Shown piece by piece: positions 38,101 through 44,115 of a DNA stretch of 64,000 nt. The DNA is from Anaerovoracaceae bacterium (GTDB lineage Bacteria; Bacillota; Clostridia; Peptostreptococcales; Anaerovoracaceae). The notes under the pieces were generated by a model. That model searched no databases, had not been told where the DNA came from, and saw only the letters and a program-made list of their open reading frames with translations. Numbering within the stretch: position 1 is the stretch's first letter; the number at the start of each line of letters is the position of its first letter. The translations under genes and the position numbers were made by a program. The stretch spans positions 1,766-65,765 of the forward strand of contig JAZQCD010000010.1 of assembly GCA_045546135.1 (NCBI GenBank), written 5' to 3'.

Positions 38101-38390
38101 ACGGAGAGTATGTAGCACTTCCTTACCACAATCTGACTCAGAACAGTTACATCTACCTCGTACCGGCTGATGTAAAGGAAGTCATCATCGTTGTAAAGGG
38201 CGATGTAAACCTTGACGGAAGTCTTTCAAATGCAGATGCTACAAAACTCAAGGCAGCTGTAAAGGGAGCAGCAGAACTTGATGCAGTTCAGGCATTCGCA
38301 GCAGATGTCAACGGTGACGGAAGCCTTTCTAACGCAGATGCTACAAAACTCAAAGCAGTTGTTAAGGGTGCAGCATCTCTTGACTGGTAA
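32157..38390 (+). CDS. giant secreted S8 subtilisin-family peptidase (cell-envelope-protease-like, with PA insert) ending in a dockerin
   Basis: Signal peptide, then an I9-like propeptide. The catalytic triad is in context: IAIVDTGLD, HGSHVAGIAAG, SGTSMASPQTAG. The PA-domain insert reads GKIGIANRGTTSFFQKA. There is a Big_2-like domain, two 80-aa repeats and a C-terminal dockerin. The ATG at 32157 follows the RBS AGAGGA. Confidence 0.9.
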   Translation: MKGFKKITSLLLVFALLLTSGLVTKFSFADEDESKGQEVSWQVVENDADRIADRLNSNVPFDDVTGMETLTGTVRVSILLDQPSTLDQGYEAASIASNRSAMNYRASLEKAQDELAAKISKNILGGEELDVVWNLTLAANIISAYVPAEKIPAIKAMKGVKDVVVENTYEPMDDVETSDEPNMAVASGMTGAQYGWGAGYTGAGSLIAIVDTGLDVDHQSFSSVAYDMAIARLKATTGKEVDQLTAEEVASVWSQLNASKRTRGTVDQTYFGSKVPYGFNYVDRNFNIIHINDTQGEHGSHVAGIAAGNRFIYEESEDGSFTLKNAISAVGTQGNAPDAQLLIMKVFGRGGGASDSDYFAAIEDAIVLGADAVNLSLGSASKGFAYNATYADLINRLTNTNIIWANSAGNSGAWADATFAGYTYSDHVNMGTGGSPATYSNTLSTASVDNDGSIGAYMLVGEDMIYYTETSGYGNAPMKTIPGTYQYVYIDSAGLQEEFDALGQEIIGGKIGIANRGTTSFFQKANGAMSNGAIAGIIVNNQPGTISMNLTGYEYSAPVVSILQTDGAILKAAAEETVEYDDGTLSFTYYIGTITVDDKLGINNYNSEYYTMSSFSSWGVPEDLSLKPEITTPGGNIYSVNGYANSDSGITGGHDQYELMSGTSMASPQTAGIVGIMSQFYRESGLKERADAYGLTQRHILQSLLMSTARPLYDKDSGNYYSVMKQGAGLADVNAAMNANVFVLMNGTTVGGEVRKDISAYAADGKVKAELGDDPHRSGFYTVEFTLNNLTDEDRFYDLEAEFFTQDVFGYYTFDSNGEPIADEEGNPVVSTYLDEWTAPLSANVRWFLDGRECIPDFFIDPNMDGEFNEEDADAILDFVLMDGTENPVEINEDDADLDGDGAVTTYDAYLALKYANMGTTVVPANGTTTVKVEFELTDIADYDDHGAFVEGYISATEKDSEDGELGVRHSIPVLGYYGSWSEPSFIDVGSVREYEYGLEQRAPYMAYPLGTAAEDITAFLGTHATLGVTYVLGGNPVLTDSQYFPERNAVNSNTALAGASYTLIRNTVGLKYQLFDESGKLINESTGGSNTYSSYYHVNQAKWMNTSTSSSYGYRPSSVKEGEEVTLALSFASEYYRNNETGEIAWDEIQPTKQLSFVIDNTAPTVSSVFGKRMTTEDSDTVILTLAATDNEYIAGVFVYDEAGNQLYGEGSRTDAKKEGARDRGDYAIVLDGANVPDHLEFEIWDYAANVTTVMVNLNKDELSDPVSVVLDTEEAMSVVGNTIKINATVYPWGTEDQRVTWTSSDETVATVEDGLVLGVGAGTATITATSVLDPNASATCEVKFITIDRDLNGIVWDENGQVWFSEFNLNTLPEYTRLTDESSIVPLTSTAYGADGTLYAVTFDTEGFLSDLYTVDEGTFEATFVGSNTEIGYMDLAPAPSLGENILMGVYGPYAVIVDATTGGYVGVFDLSAYMTGSYLVGIAYEEQYYHPLYGNTDWYFFIDDAGNLYNCGFLPYNGSYSRFGVSAVGNLGSTADVPYFQSLYYDGTDLYWSNYSESKGVVDVIFVNDLYNDGAIFKAGSFAPDVWPVGGLWNENIKSMIGIAAEGGDKAAAVIDESGELLAKAEPINFRKVSADGGLNAANVQSVVSGAGLLGIETEVNVPDKTTTATITIDAAGDVLGEDGVTYVTHNGLYEVIYDAEVLEVESCTSTLDHFRAYGVDGRVKVVFADLEGVAEGETVATIVFKTIENVDTTVYVDTIESEDNFESSEEEYEIPKVKGHLVVTASDASKEYGEEDPELEWSAEGFVGDDTEELLEGLVTVTREEGEDVGTYVITVAGPEEIDDYTIEYVEGEFEITKAHLVVTASDASKEYGEDDPELEWSAEGFVGDDTEELLEGLVTVTREEGEDVGTYEITVTGPEEIDNYTIEYVNGTFEIEQSLTVVAYPQDSFVEDEQYHVEGNILWVSYPQACKVGYLVNGEYVALPYHNLTQNSYIYLVPADVKEVIIVVKGDVNLDGSLSNADATKLKAAVKGAAELDAVQAFAADVNGDGSLSNADATKLKAVVKGAASLDW
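34737..34912 (+). other. internal dockerin-like double EF-hand module inside the subtilase
   Basis: DPNMDGEFNEEDADAILDFVL ... DLDGDGAVTTYDAYLALKYA. Both segments fit the dockerin loop-helix pattern. Confidence 0.6.
37500..37979 (+). repeat. tandem direct duplication, 2 x 240 bp (2 x 80 aa, YG-type Ig-like/MBG-like repeat)
   Basis: Copies at 37500-37739 and 37740-37979. By hand count there are about 30 mismatches in 240, with an 89-nt perfectly identical core (37554-37642 = 37794-37882). Confidence 0.9.
38199..38387 (+). other. dockerin module of the subtilase
   Basis: GDVNLDGSLSNADATKLKAAVKG ... ADVNGDGSLSNADATKLKAVVKG. Confidence 0.8.
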
Positions 38391-38432
38391 AAACGATCAG
38401 ACGTAACTTTTCGTAAAGTTTATGTTATCTAG

Positions 38433-38465
38433 CGGCGAGGTCTATGTGCCTCGCCGTTTCTTTTG
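38433..38465 (+). terminator. intrinsic terminator
   Basis: CGGCGAGG-TCTATGTG-CCTCGCCG followed by TTTCTTTTG. Confidence 0.8.
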
Positions 38466-38577
38466 TACGATTTTTCCAAAAATAACGGAACAAATGTCGA
38501 AAAATACTTGAATGTTGCGCTGGAAATCTGATACAATTATCGGTAAATCGTTATGCCCAAAAATAGGAGGTTCGGCT

Positions 38578-40236
38578 ATGAAAAAAAGTAAATTTATTTT
38601 ATGCTTTATCTTAGCTGTTGCAATGTTAGTAAGCGTCGTCCCCTTTGGGGACATGGTCTTTGCTGCGGACAAGGATTACAAATTTAAATACAGCGTATCC
38701 TCGAATGCGAACAACGGCACTGTAGGTAATGTTACAGGTACAGTATATGATGACTATTCTGCAGACATCGTCTTTACAGGCAGCGCAGTCAACAGAAGCA
38801 ATGCTAAGGTAGAGATCTGGATGAAGAATGTTGCAAGTCTTGGCGTATCAGATCCTAAGTACTATGTGAGAAATGTAGAAACGGGTCTTACGGGCGAAGA
38901 CACTTCCATGGATAACGTCAAAGCGAGATTCAATGGATTTAACGAGGAAACCACATTCAATGTGACCGTAAACGGTGACAAAAAGATGTCCTATAAGGTC
39001 AAGAACGAGATCGGCAGCGACATGAAGGTCGTTAAGGTCAACGCAACTCCGAGCAGCTTCGAGGAAGCTCATGATGTCTGGTATGCCATTACGGCTGAAG
39101 AAAACATCAAGACGACACATGACGGAGAAAGAGACAGCTTCTTCCTTATCAAAAACGGTTCATGGCTTCAGGTAGGAGACCAAAAGGTCGAATTCGAAGG
39201 AAGCGATGATCTTAAGATCGACAATGTAGGACAGCTCAAATACATCTATGATTCCATCAAGGCGGCTCTTGCTCTCAATACAGTTGAAGCAGGAGAAGAA
39301 GCAGAAGGCATAGTCCTTTACTTTGAACCCCACACTGTCTTCTCAGTAGGAGCAAGCAGCGTAGAACTGTTAAAGGATGCCAGAGTCACAGTAAAGATGG
39401 AGACCGAAGATCTCATCGATTCCATAAAGGCTCTTCAGGAAAGCGAAGATTCTGAAGCTCTGATCAAGGATATGCTTGCGTTCATCGAGAATGTGATCAC
39501 TGAAGTAGGCGGAAAGTCAAACGATATCGACATAGAGTTCGGCCACAAGTATCCTGCACAGGGTGAAGATGAAAACAACCCCACCTGGGAATGGGCAGAG
39601 GATTACTCCTGGGCAAAGGCAACCTTCACCTGCACAAACAACGATACACACGAAAAAGAGACCTTTGATGCAACTGTTACATCAAAAACAGAAGGCGGAA
39701 AGACCATCTATACTGCAACCGTTACAGTAAACGGAGAAGAGTATACGGATACAAAGGAAGTGCAGAACGACATAATCGTTGAACCGCATGCAGAAAATGA
39801 ACGCTTTTTCGAAAATGAGGACGATAAGGATGTAACTAACGATGCGTTTGATTCATATACGATCAACGGACATGTAGTAACGGTCAAGTGTAAGCTTCCA
39901 TGCAGGATCGGATATCTCGAGGAAGGCGCAAAAGTATATACGCCTGTAAAGGCAGTTTTGCTCGAAGGCACTACCGATCAGTATACATATACGGTTCCTG
40001 ACCATATCAACAAGGTAATACTCGTATTGGTCGGAGATGCAAATCTTACAGGAAACCATTCTAACGCTGATTCAACTGCCACCAAGGCACATATCAAGGG
40101 CATCAATTATCTTGATGTTATCGAGCAGTTTGCAGCGGATGCCAACTTCAGCAATTCAATTTCAAATGCAGACTCTACATCCATAAAGGCGCATATCAAA
40201 GGCATCAGATACTTTAAGTGGGAAGTGCAAGAATAA
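38578..40236 (+). CDS. secreted protein of unknown function with a divergent C-terminal dockerin-like module
   Basis: The ATG at 38578 follows AGGAGG. The signal peptide is MKKSKFILCFILAVAMLVSVVPFGDMVFA. The C-terminus reads GDANLTGNHSNADSTATKAHIKG ... ADANFSNSISNADSTSIKAHIKG. Confidence 0.75.
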   Translation: MKKSKFILCFILAVAMLVSVVPFGDMVFAADKDYKFKYSVSSNANNGTVGNVTGTVYDDYSADIVFTGSAVNRSNAKVEIWMKNVASLGVSDPKYYVRNVETGLTGEDTSMDNVKARFNGFNEETTFNVTVNGDKKMSYKVKNEIGSDMKVVKVNATPSSFEEAHDVWYAITAEENIKTTHDGERDSFFLIKNGSWLQVGDQKVEFEGSDDLKIDNVGQLKYIYDSIKAALALNTVEAGEEAEGIVLYFEPHTVFSVGASSVELLKDARVTVKMETEDLIDSIKALQESEDSEALIKDMLAFIENVITEVGGKSNDIDIEFGHKYPAQGEDENNPTWEWAEDYSWAKATFTCTNNDTHEKETFDATVTSKTEGGKTIYTATVTVNGEEYTDTKEVQNDIIVEPHAENERFFENEDDKDVTNDAFDSYTINGHVVTVKCKLPCRIGYLEEGAKVYTPVKAVLLEGTTDQYTYTVPDHINKVILVLVGDANLTGNHSNADSTATKAHIKGINYLDVIEQFAADANFSNSISNADSTSIKAHIKGIRYFKWEVQE

Positions 40237-40411
40237 TTCATATTTATGTAAAAAAAATGTAGAGTTTTGAACGTTATTGGATTATAATTAATGAAAGAGA
40301 ATGGGTGGGTAGTCTTACTGTTCAAAACGATTTGGGAAGTAGGACTGTTCAGTCGATTCTTTAGATATTTTAGGTTTTTATTTTTCAAACTATAAAACGG
40401 AGGTCATGAGA

Positions 40412-42193
40412 ATGAAAAAGAAACTGATTGCAGTACTCCTCTGCATGGTGCTTGTCATAGCGGCTGTGCCGAGCGTATTTGCAGCAAACGACAGGGAGGT
40501 CACATTTACAGTAACACAGAGTCCTGTAAGCCTCACACAGAGTGCCAGCGAACAGACAGTCACTCTTTCAGTTGATGCTAACAAGACCGTAACTGTAGAC
40601 GGCATTCAGGCAATGCTCCCATATCCGAATGCAGACGGAGAAACAGGACCCTGGACAATAAGTGCTATTGGAAACAAGACACTTACATTCAGAGGTGCCC
40701 ACTATCAGGTAAAGAAGGCTGACGATCCTACAACAGGTCAGATCACATGGGATTCTGAAGATCCTGAAACAGGTGATATGCCTTCTCTCGAAACAACTAA
40801 TCTTTTCACTGTCACCTACAAGATTCCTGCAGGTACACCTGCCGGTGAGTATGTTGTTGAGATCAATGATTTTGAGCTCACAGACAACGGCGGAGACATT
40901 TGGGAATCAACAAGTCTCACATATACAGTTGTTATCGAAGAAGCTCCTACACCGCTTAACGGCGTAACAGTTGCTCCGGAAACAGCAACACTCTTCCCCG
41001 GAGATACTCAGGAACTCGTAGCTACATATGATCCTGAAAAGCCATCTATCCAAACAGCAACATGGACATCCAGCGACACAACAGTTGCAACAGTTGACGA
41101 AGACGGAGTTGTAAAAGCAGTTGCAGGCGGAACAGCAACTATTACTCACACAGTAACAGACGTTCTTGGCAACACAAAGACAGCTACAGCTACCATTACT
41201 GTTTACAAGACAGTTGACAAGCCGACAGCAGCAACAGGACTTAAGTATACAGGTTCTGAACAGACAGGCGTTGCAGCAGCAACAGGATACACAGTTGAAG
41301 GCGGCAAGGGAACAAATGCAGGCAACTACACAGCAACTGCAACACTTGCAGAAGGCTATGCATGGTCTGACAATACAACAGATCCTGTTCCGGTAGAATG
41401 GTCCATCGCTCCTAAGACAGTAGCAGCTCCGGCTCCGACTGAAACTGAGTTCGAATACAACGGCAAGGCTCAGACAGTTGCAGAAGGAACAAGCGAATAC
41501 ACAGTTGAGGGCGGAACACAGACAAACGCAGGCGAGTACACAGCAACAGCAACTCTCAAGGATGCAACAAACTATACTTGGGAAGACGGCAAAACAGCAC
41601 CTGTAACCATTGAATGGGTCATCACTCCAAAGGAAGTTGAACTTCCGGAGGCTAAGACAGGTCTTGTATATAACGGATCTGAGCAGACCGGTGTAGAAGG
41701 AACTGACGAATATACAGTCGAGGGCGGCAAGGAAACAAATGCCGGCACATATACAGCAACAGTAGCTCTCAAGGATAAGGCTAACTATGTTTGGGCGAAT
41801 AACGGACAGAGCGCAGATCAGACAGTAGATTGGGAGATCGAGCAGGCTGAACTTACAGCTGACAAACTCGAACTCGCAGTTGGCGGATCCAAGCAGCTTC
41901 CGGAAGAGGAAGGCGTATCCTATGAGCTCGTAGAGCCTGCAGAAGGTGAAGAGCCTGTTGTAGAACTCAGCGAAGACGGAACAGTCAAGGGTCTTAAGGA
42001 AGGTGAAGCAACCATCGTTGTAGTATCCAATGGACAAGGAAACTACAAGCGTGGTGATGCTGAGATCACAGTCACAGTGACCAAGCCTCCTGTAACCGGA
42101 GACAAGACAATGCTCTACATCGTTTCTGCAATAGCAGCACTCGTAGTTCTTGGTGCATATCTCATCGTATCCAAGAAGAAAGAGCAGAGATAA
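40412..42193 (+). CDS. cell-wall-anchored scaffoldin-like protein: cohesin-like domain + Big_2 + three repeats + PPVTG sorting signal
   Basis: Signal peptide (MKKKLIAVLLCMVLVIAAVPSVFA), then a beta-sandwich of about 155 aa with a cohesin-like pattern. A Big_2 domain follows (ATWTSSDTTVATVDEDGVVKAVAGGTATIT), then three repeats of about 65-72 aa. The C-terminus is PPVTG + hydrophobic helix + KKKEQR. An alternative ATG exists at 40406. Confidence 0.75.
   Translation: MKKKLIAVLLCMVLVIAAVPSVFAANDREVTFTVTQSPVSLTQSASEQTVTLSVDANKTVTVDGIQAMLPYPNADGETGPWTISAIGNKTLTFRGAHYQVKKADDPTTGQITWDSEDPETGDMPSLETTNLFTVTYKIPAGTPAGEYVVEINDFELTDNGGDIWESTSLTYTVVIEEAPTPLNGVTVAPETATLFPGDTQELVATYDPEKPSIQTATWTSSDTTVATVDEDGVVKAVAGGTATITHTVTDVLGNTKTATATITVYKTVDKPTAATGLKYTGSEQTGVAAATGYTVEGGKGTNAGNYTATATLAEGYAWSDNTTDPVPVEWSIAPKTVAAPAPTETEFEYNGKAQTVAEGTSEYTVEGGTQTNAGEYTATATLKDATNYTWEDGKTAPVTIEWVITPKEVELPEAKTGLVYNGSEQTGVEGTDEYTVEGGKETNAGTYTATVALKDKANYVWANNGQSADQTVDWEIEQAELTADKLELAVGGSKQLPEEEGVSYELVEPAEGEEPVVELSEDGTVKGLKEGEATIVVVSNGQGNYKRGDAEITVTVTKPPVTGDKTMLYIVSAIAALVVLGAYLIVSKKKEQR
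40490..40945 (+). other. cohesin-like domain (candidate dockerin receptor)
   Basis: EVTFTVTQSPVSL..TVTLSVDANKTVTVDGIQAMLPYP...GQITWDSE...LFTVTYKIPAGTPAGEYVVEINDFELTD. This matches the general cohesin strand pattern by eye and has not been HMM-verified. Confidence 0.5.
41219..41848 (+). repeat. three tandem protein repeats of about 65-72 aa (Y-x-G-x-x-Q ... TNAG-x-YTAT type)
   Basis: GLKYTGSEQTGV..GKGTNAGNYTATATL / EFEYNGKAQTV..GTQTNAGEYTATATL / GLVYNGSEQTGV..GKETNAGTYTATVAL. Confidence 0.75.
42086..42193 (+). other. sortase-type tripartite cell-wall sorting signal
   Basis: PPVTG (42086-42100), then DKTM, a hydrophobic stretch (LYIVSAIAALVVLGAYLIV) and a basic tail (SKKKEQR). Confidence 0.6.
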
Positions 42194-42230
42194 TTAAGAA
42201 GTAATCGATATTAATTATCATGACCATACG

Positions 42231-42265
42231 GGGGTCGGAGTTAAATGCTCCGGCCCCTGTTTTGT
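42231..42265 (+). terminator. intrinsic terminator
   Basis: GGGGTCGGAG-TTAAATG-CTCCGGCCCC followed by TGTTTTGTGTT. Confidence 0.8.
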
Positions 42266-42351
42266 GTTATGGACATAATCAAAGGTAAATCAAAGCTGCT
42301 GAAGGTCTTCCTTGAGGTGAATGTGAAGAAAATGTGAAAGAAGTAAAATTG

Positions 42352-42378
42352 TTAGCACTCATACTTGACGAGTGCTAA
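42352..42378. promoter_or_regulatory. CIRCE element (HrcA operator)
   Basis: TTAGCACTC-ATACTTGAC-GAGTGCTAA is a perfect match to the consensus TTAGCACTC-N9-GAGTGCTAA. Confidence 0.9.
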
Positions 42379-42393
42379 CAATAGTGATATAAC
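42365..42393 (+). promoter_or_regulatory. candidate sigma-A promoter of hsp20, overlapping CIRCE
   Basis: TTGACG (42365-42370), a 17-nt spacer, then TATAAC (42388-42393). Confidence 0.5.
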
Positions 42394-42477
42394 ATAATTG
42401 TCCCAAGGAGATAGGGACAAAGATAAATAAAATAAAAGGCTCTGAAAAAGAGTCCAAGACATATAGGAGGCAAAATT

Positions 42478-42918
42478 ATGTTATATCCAAGTATTTTTAG
42501 AAACGATCTATTTGACGACATGTTCAATGATTTTATGAAACCGGCAGTAAGCCAGAGAAACAATTTCTTCAGCCAGTCCAATATCATGAAAACTGATATC
42601 AAGGAATATGAAAAGGCTTATGAACTCGATGTAGAGCTCCCCGGTGTAAAGAAAGAAAACGTCAGCGTAGAACTTAAGGATGGCGCTCTTGAGATCAAAG
42701 TAGTATCCCAGTCAGAAAATGATGACAAGGATGAAAAGGGCAAATACCTAAGAAGAGAGAGATTCTACGGAAGCTGCAGCAGATCCTTCTATGTAGGAGA
42801 GGATGTAAAGCAGGAAGACATCAAAGCTAAGTTTGAAAACGGTGTTCTTGCAATAACTGTTCCTAAGGTAGAAGCTCAGCCGAAGGTCGAACAGAAGCAG
42901 CTCATTAATATTGAATAA
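42478..42918 (+). CDS. Hsp20/alpha-crystallin small heat-shock protein
   Basis: 146 aa with an alpha-crystallin core (YELDVELPGVKKENVSVELKDGALEI ... FENGVLAITVPK). Confidence 0.9.
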   Translation: MLYPSIFRNDLFDDMFNDFMKPAVSQRNNFFSQSNIMKTDIKEYEKAYELDVELPGVKKENVSVELKDGALEIKVVSQSENDDKDEKGKYLRRERFYGSCSRSFYVGEDVKQEDIKAKFENGVLAITVPKVEAQPKVEQKQLINIE

Positions 42919-42966
42919 AAAAGGGGTATACGGAATGATCTCCGTGAATACCAGAGGATAAAGGAA

Positions 42967-42990
42967 GGCCGATCGCATGATCGGCCTTTT
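42967..42990. terminator. bidirectional terminator between hsp20 and the convergent flavin reductase gene
   Basis: GGCCGATC-GCAT-GATCGGCC followed by TTTT. Confidence 0.75.
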
Positions 42991-42997
42991 CATTACA

Positions 42998-43636
42998 TCA
43001 CTTGTTTTTTGTCTCAAAATGGGCTTTTTTGCCCCCGTAGGATAGGCCTTTGGCCTTTCTCTTCTTTGCGGTGCTTTTCTTCATCACAGAGTATCCGTAG
43101 GTACCAAGCCTTCTTGACTTCAGACCGTAATACTCGCCATGTACTGACGCTACCAGGTTTGCTTCGTTTAGAGCAAGTCTTCCGCTTTCCTTCATGAGAT
43201 TATCAGATGCGTGGATTGCAACTATTTCTGCAAGGAACATATCGTGAGAACCAAGATGCTTCTTTTCGACGACCTTGCATTCTATATTCACAGGGCATTC
43301 TGCTATCATTGGGCAGGATACCTTGTCTCCTTTCATCTTTGTAAGGTGCATTTCATTGAATTTGTCTTCATTCTTGCCGCTGGTTTGGCCGCAATGATCC
43401 ATAGCAAAGGTCAGGTCTTCATTAACAAGGTTTATGATGAATTCTCTTGTTTCATCTATTATGTGATGAGAATACCTTTCCGGTTTGATGCTCACATAGG
43501 TCATTGGAGGTTTTGAGTTGATCGTTCCCGTCCATGCTATTGTTATTATGTTGCTTTCTTCCATCGTGCCGCAGCTTACCATGACTGCAGGTATGGGAGC
43601 GAGAAGTTCTCCCGGTCTTAGTGTCACTTTGTTCAT
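42998..43636 (-). CDS. flavin reductase-like (flavoredoxin family) protein with a Lys-rich tail
   Basis: The internal ATG at 43636 (RBS GAGGAT) gives 212 aa starting MNKVTLRPGELLAPIPAVMVSCG..NIITIAWTG, which is typical of the FMN-binding split barrel. The 111-aa upstream extension of the ORF looks non-coding. Confidence 0.8.
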   Translation of the reverse strand: MNKVTLRPGELLAPIPAVMVSCGTMEESNIITIAWTGTINSKPPMTYVSIKPERYSHHIIDETREFIINLVNEDLTFAMDHCGQTSGKNEDKFNEMHLTKMKGDKVSCPMIAECPVNIECKVVEKKHLGSHDMFLAEIVAIHASDNLMKESGRLALNEANLVASVHGEYYGLKSRRLGTYGYSVMKKSTAKKRKAKGLSYGGKKAHFETKNK

Positions 43637-43967
43637 ATTATCCTCGATAAAAAAGCCTTGCATTGGCAAAGAGCAAGTATCTAGTCCGTTAAAAACGTAA
43701 AGACCCGGAGAAAGTGTCTTTGCTTTTCCTATCCCATGGACAGGTGGGTTTTCTGCTCCGTGCCTTCTGTCTTCCACTGATATTTGATGAGGCCTGACAT
43801 AATGACATGGTAGACGTCCGAAATCCCGTATAGCAAATGTAGGAAAATAAATAACACCATCCCCAGGCGCCTTAAGTATATCATGAGACAATGTAAAAAG
43901 TAAATGACTCCATGTGATATCTGAGCATATGTGCCGTTTTTTTGCATTTTGTCGATAAAAAATAGGC

Positions 43968-44010
43968 AAATGTGTTTAAATCCATAAACTTTATGGACTT
44001 AAGCACATTT
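43968..44010. promoter_or_regulatory. 43-bp near-perfect palindrome (candidate operator) in the divergent intergenic region
   Basis: AAATGTGTTTAAATCCATAAA-C-TTTATGGACTTAAGCACATTT has 21-nt arms with 2 mismatches. A TTGACT-17-TAGAAT promoter follows at about 44045. Confidence 0.5.
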
Positions 44011-44115
44011 TAAACAAAAATATTCGAAATGTCCAAATCATCATTGACTAATGACTAAATACAATTTAGAATAAAGCGACTTAAATTGTTTGAATAAGTC
44101 ATGAGGTAATGAAAC

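Noticed and set aside
40907-42037. 376-aa Cys-rich ORF on the minus strand inside the scaffoldin-like gene
   Set aside because: It is antisense to a well-supported plus-strand gene. The plus-strand gene is rich in GCA/ACA/GAA codons, and their complements read as Cys, Val and Phe. The ORF has no RBS and no recognisable domain, and its composition is absurd (about 20% Cys).
43637-43969. 111-aa N-terminal extension of the flavin reductase ORF
   Set aside because: The extension has no family similarity and no RBS. The internal ATG at 43636 has a GAGGAT RBS and yields a protein of normal flavin-reductase length.
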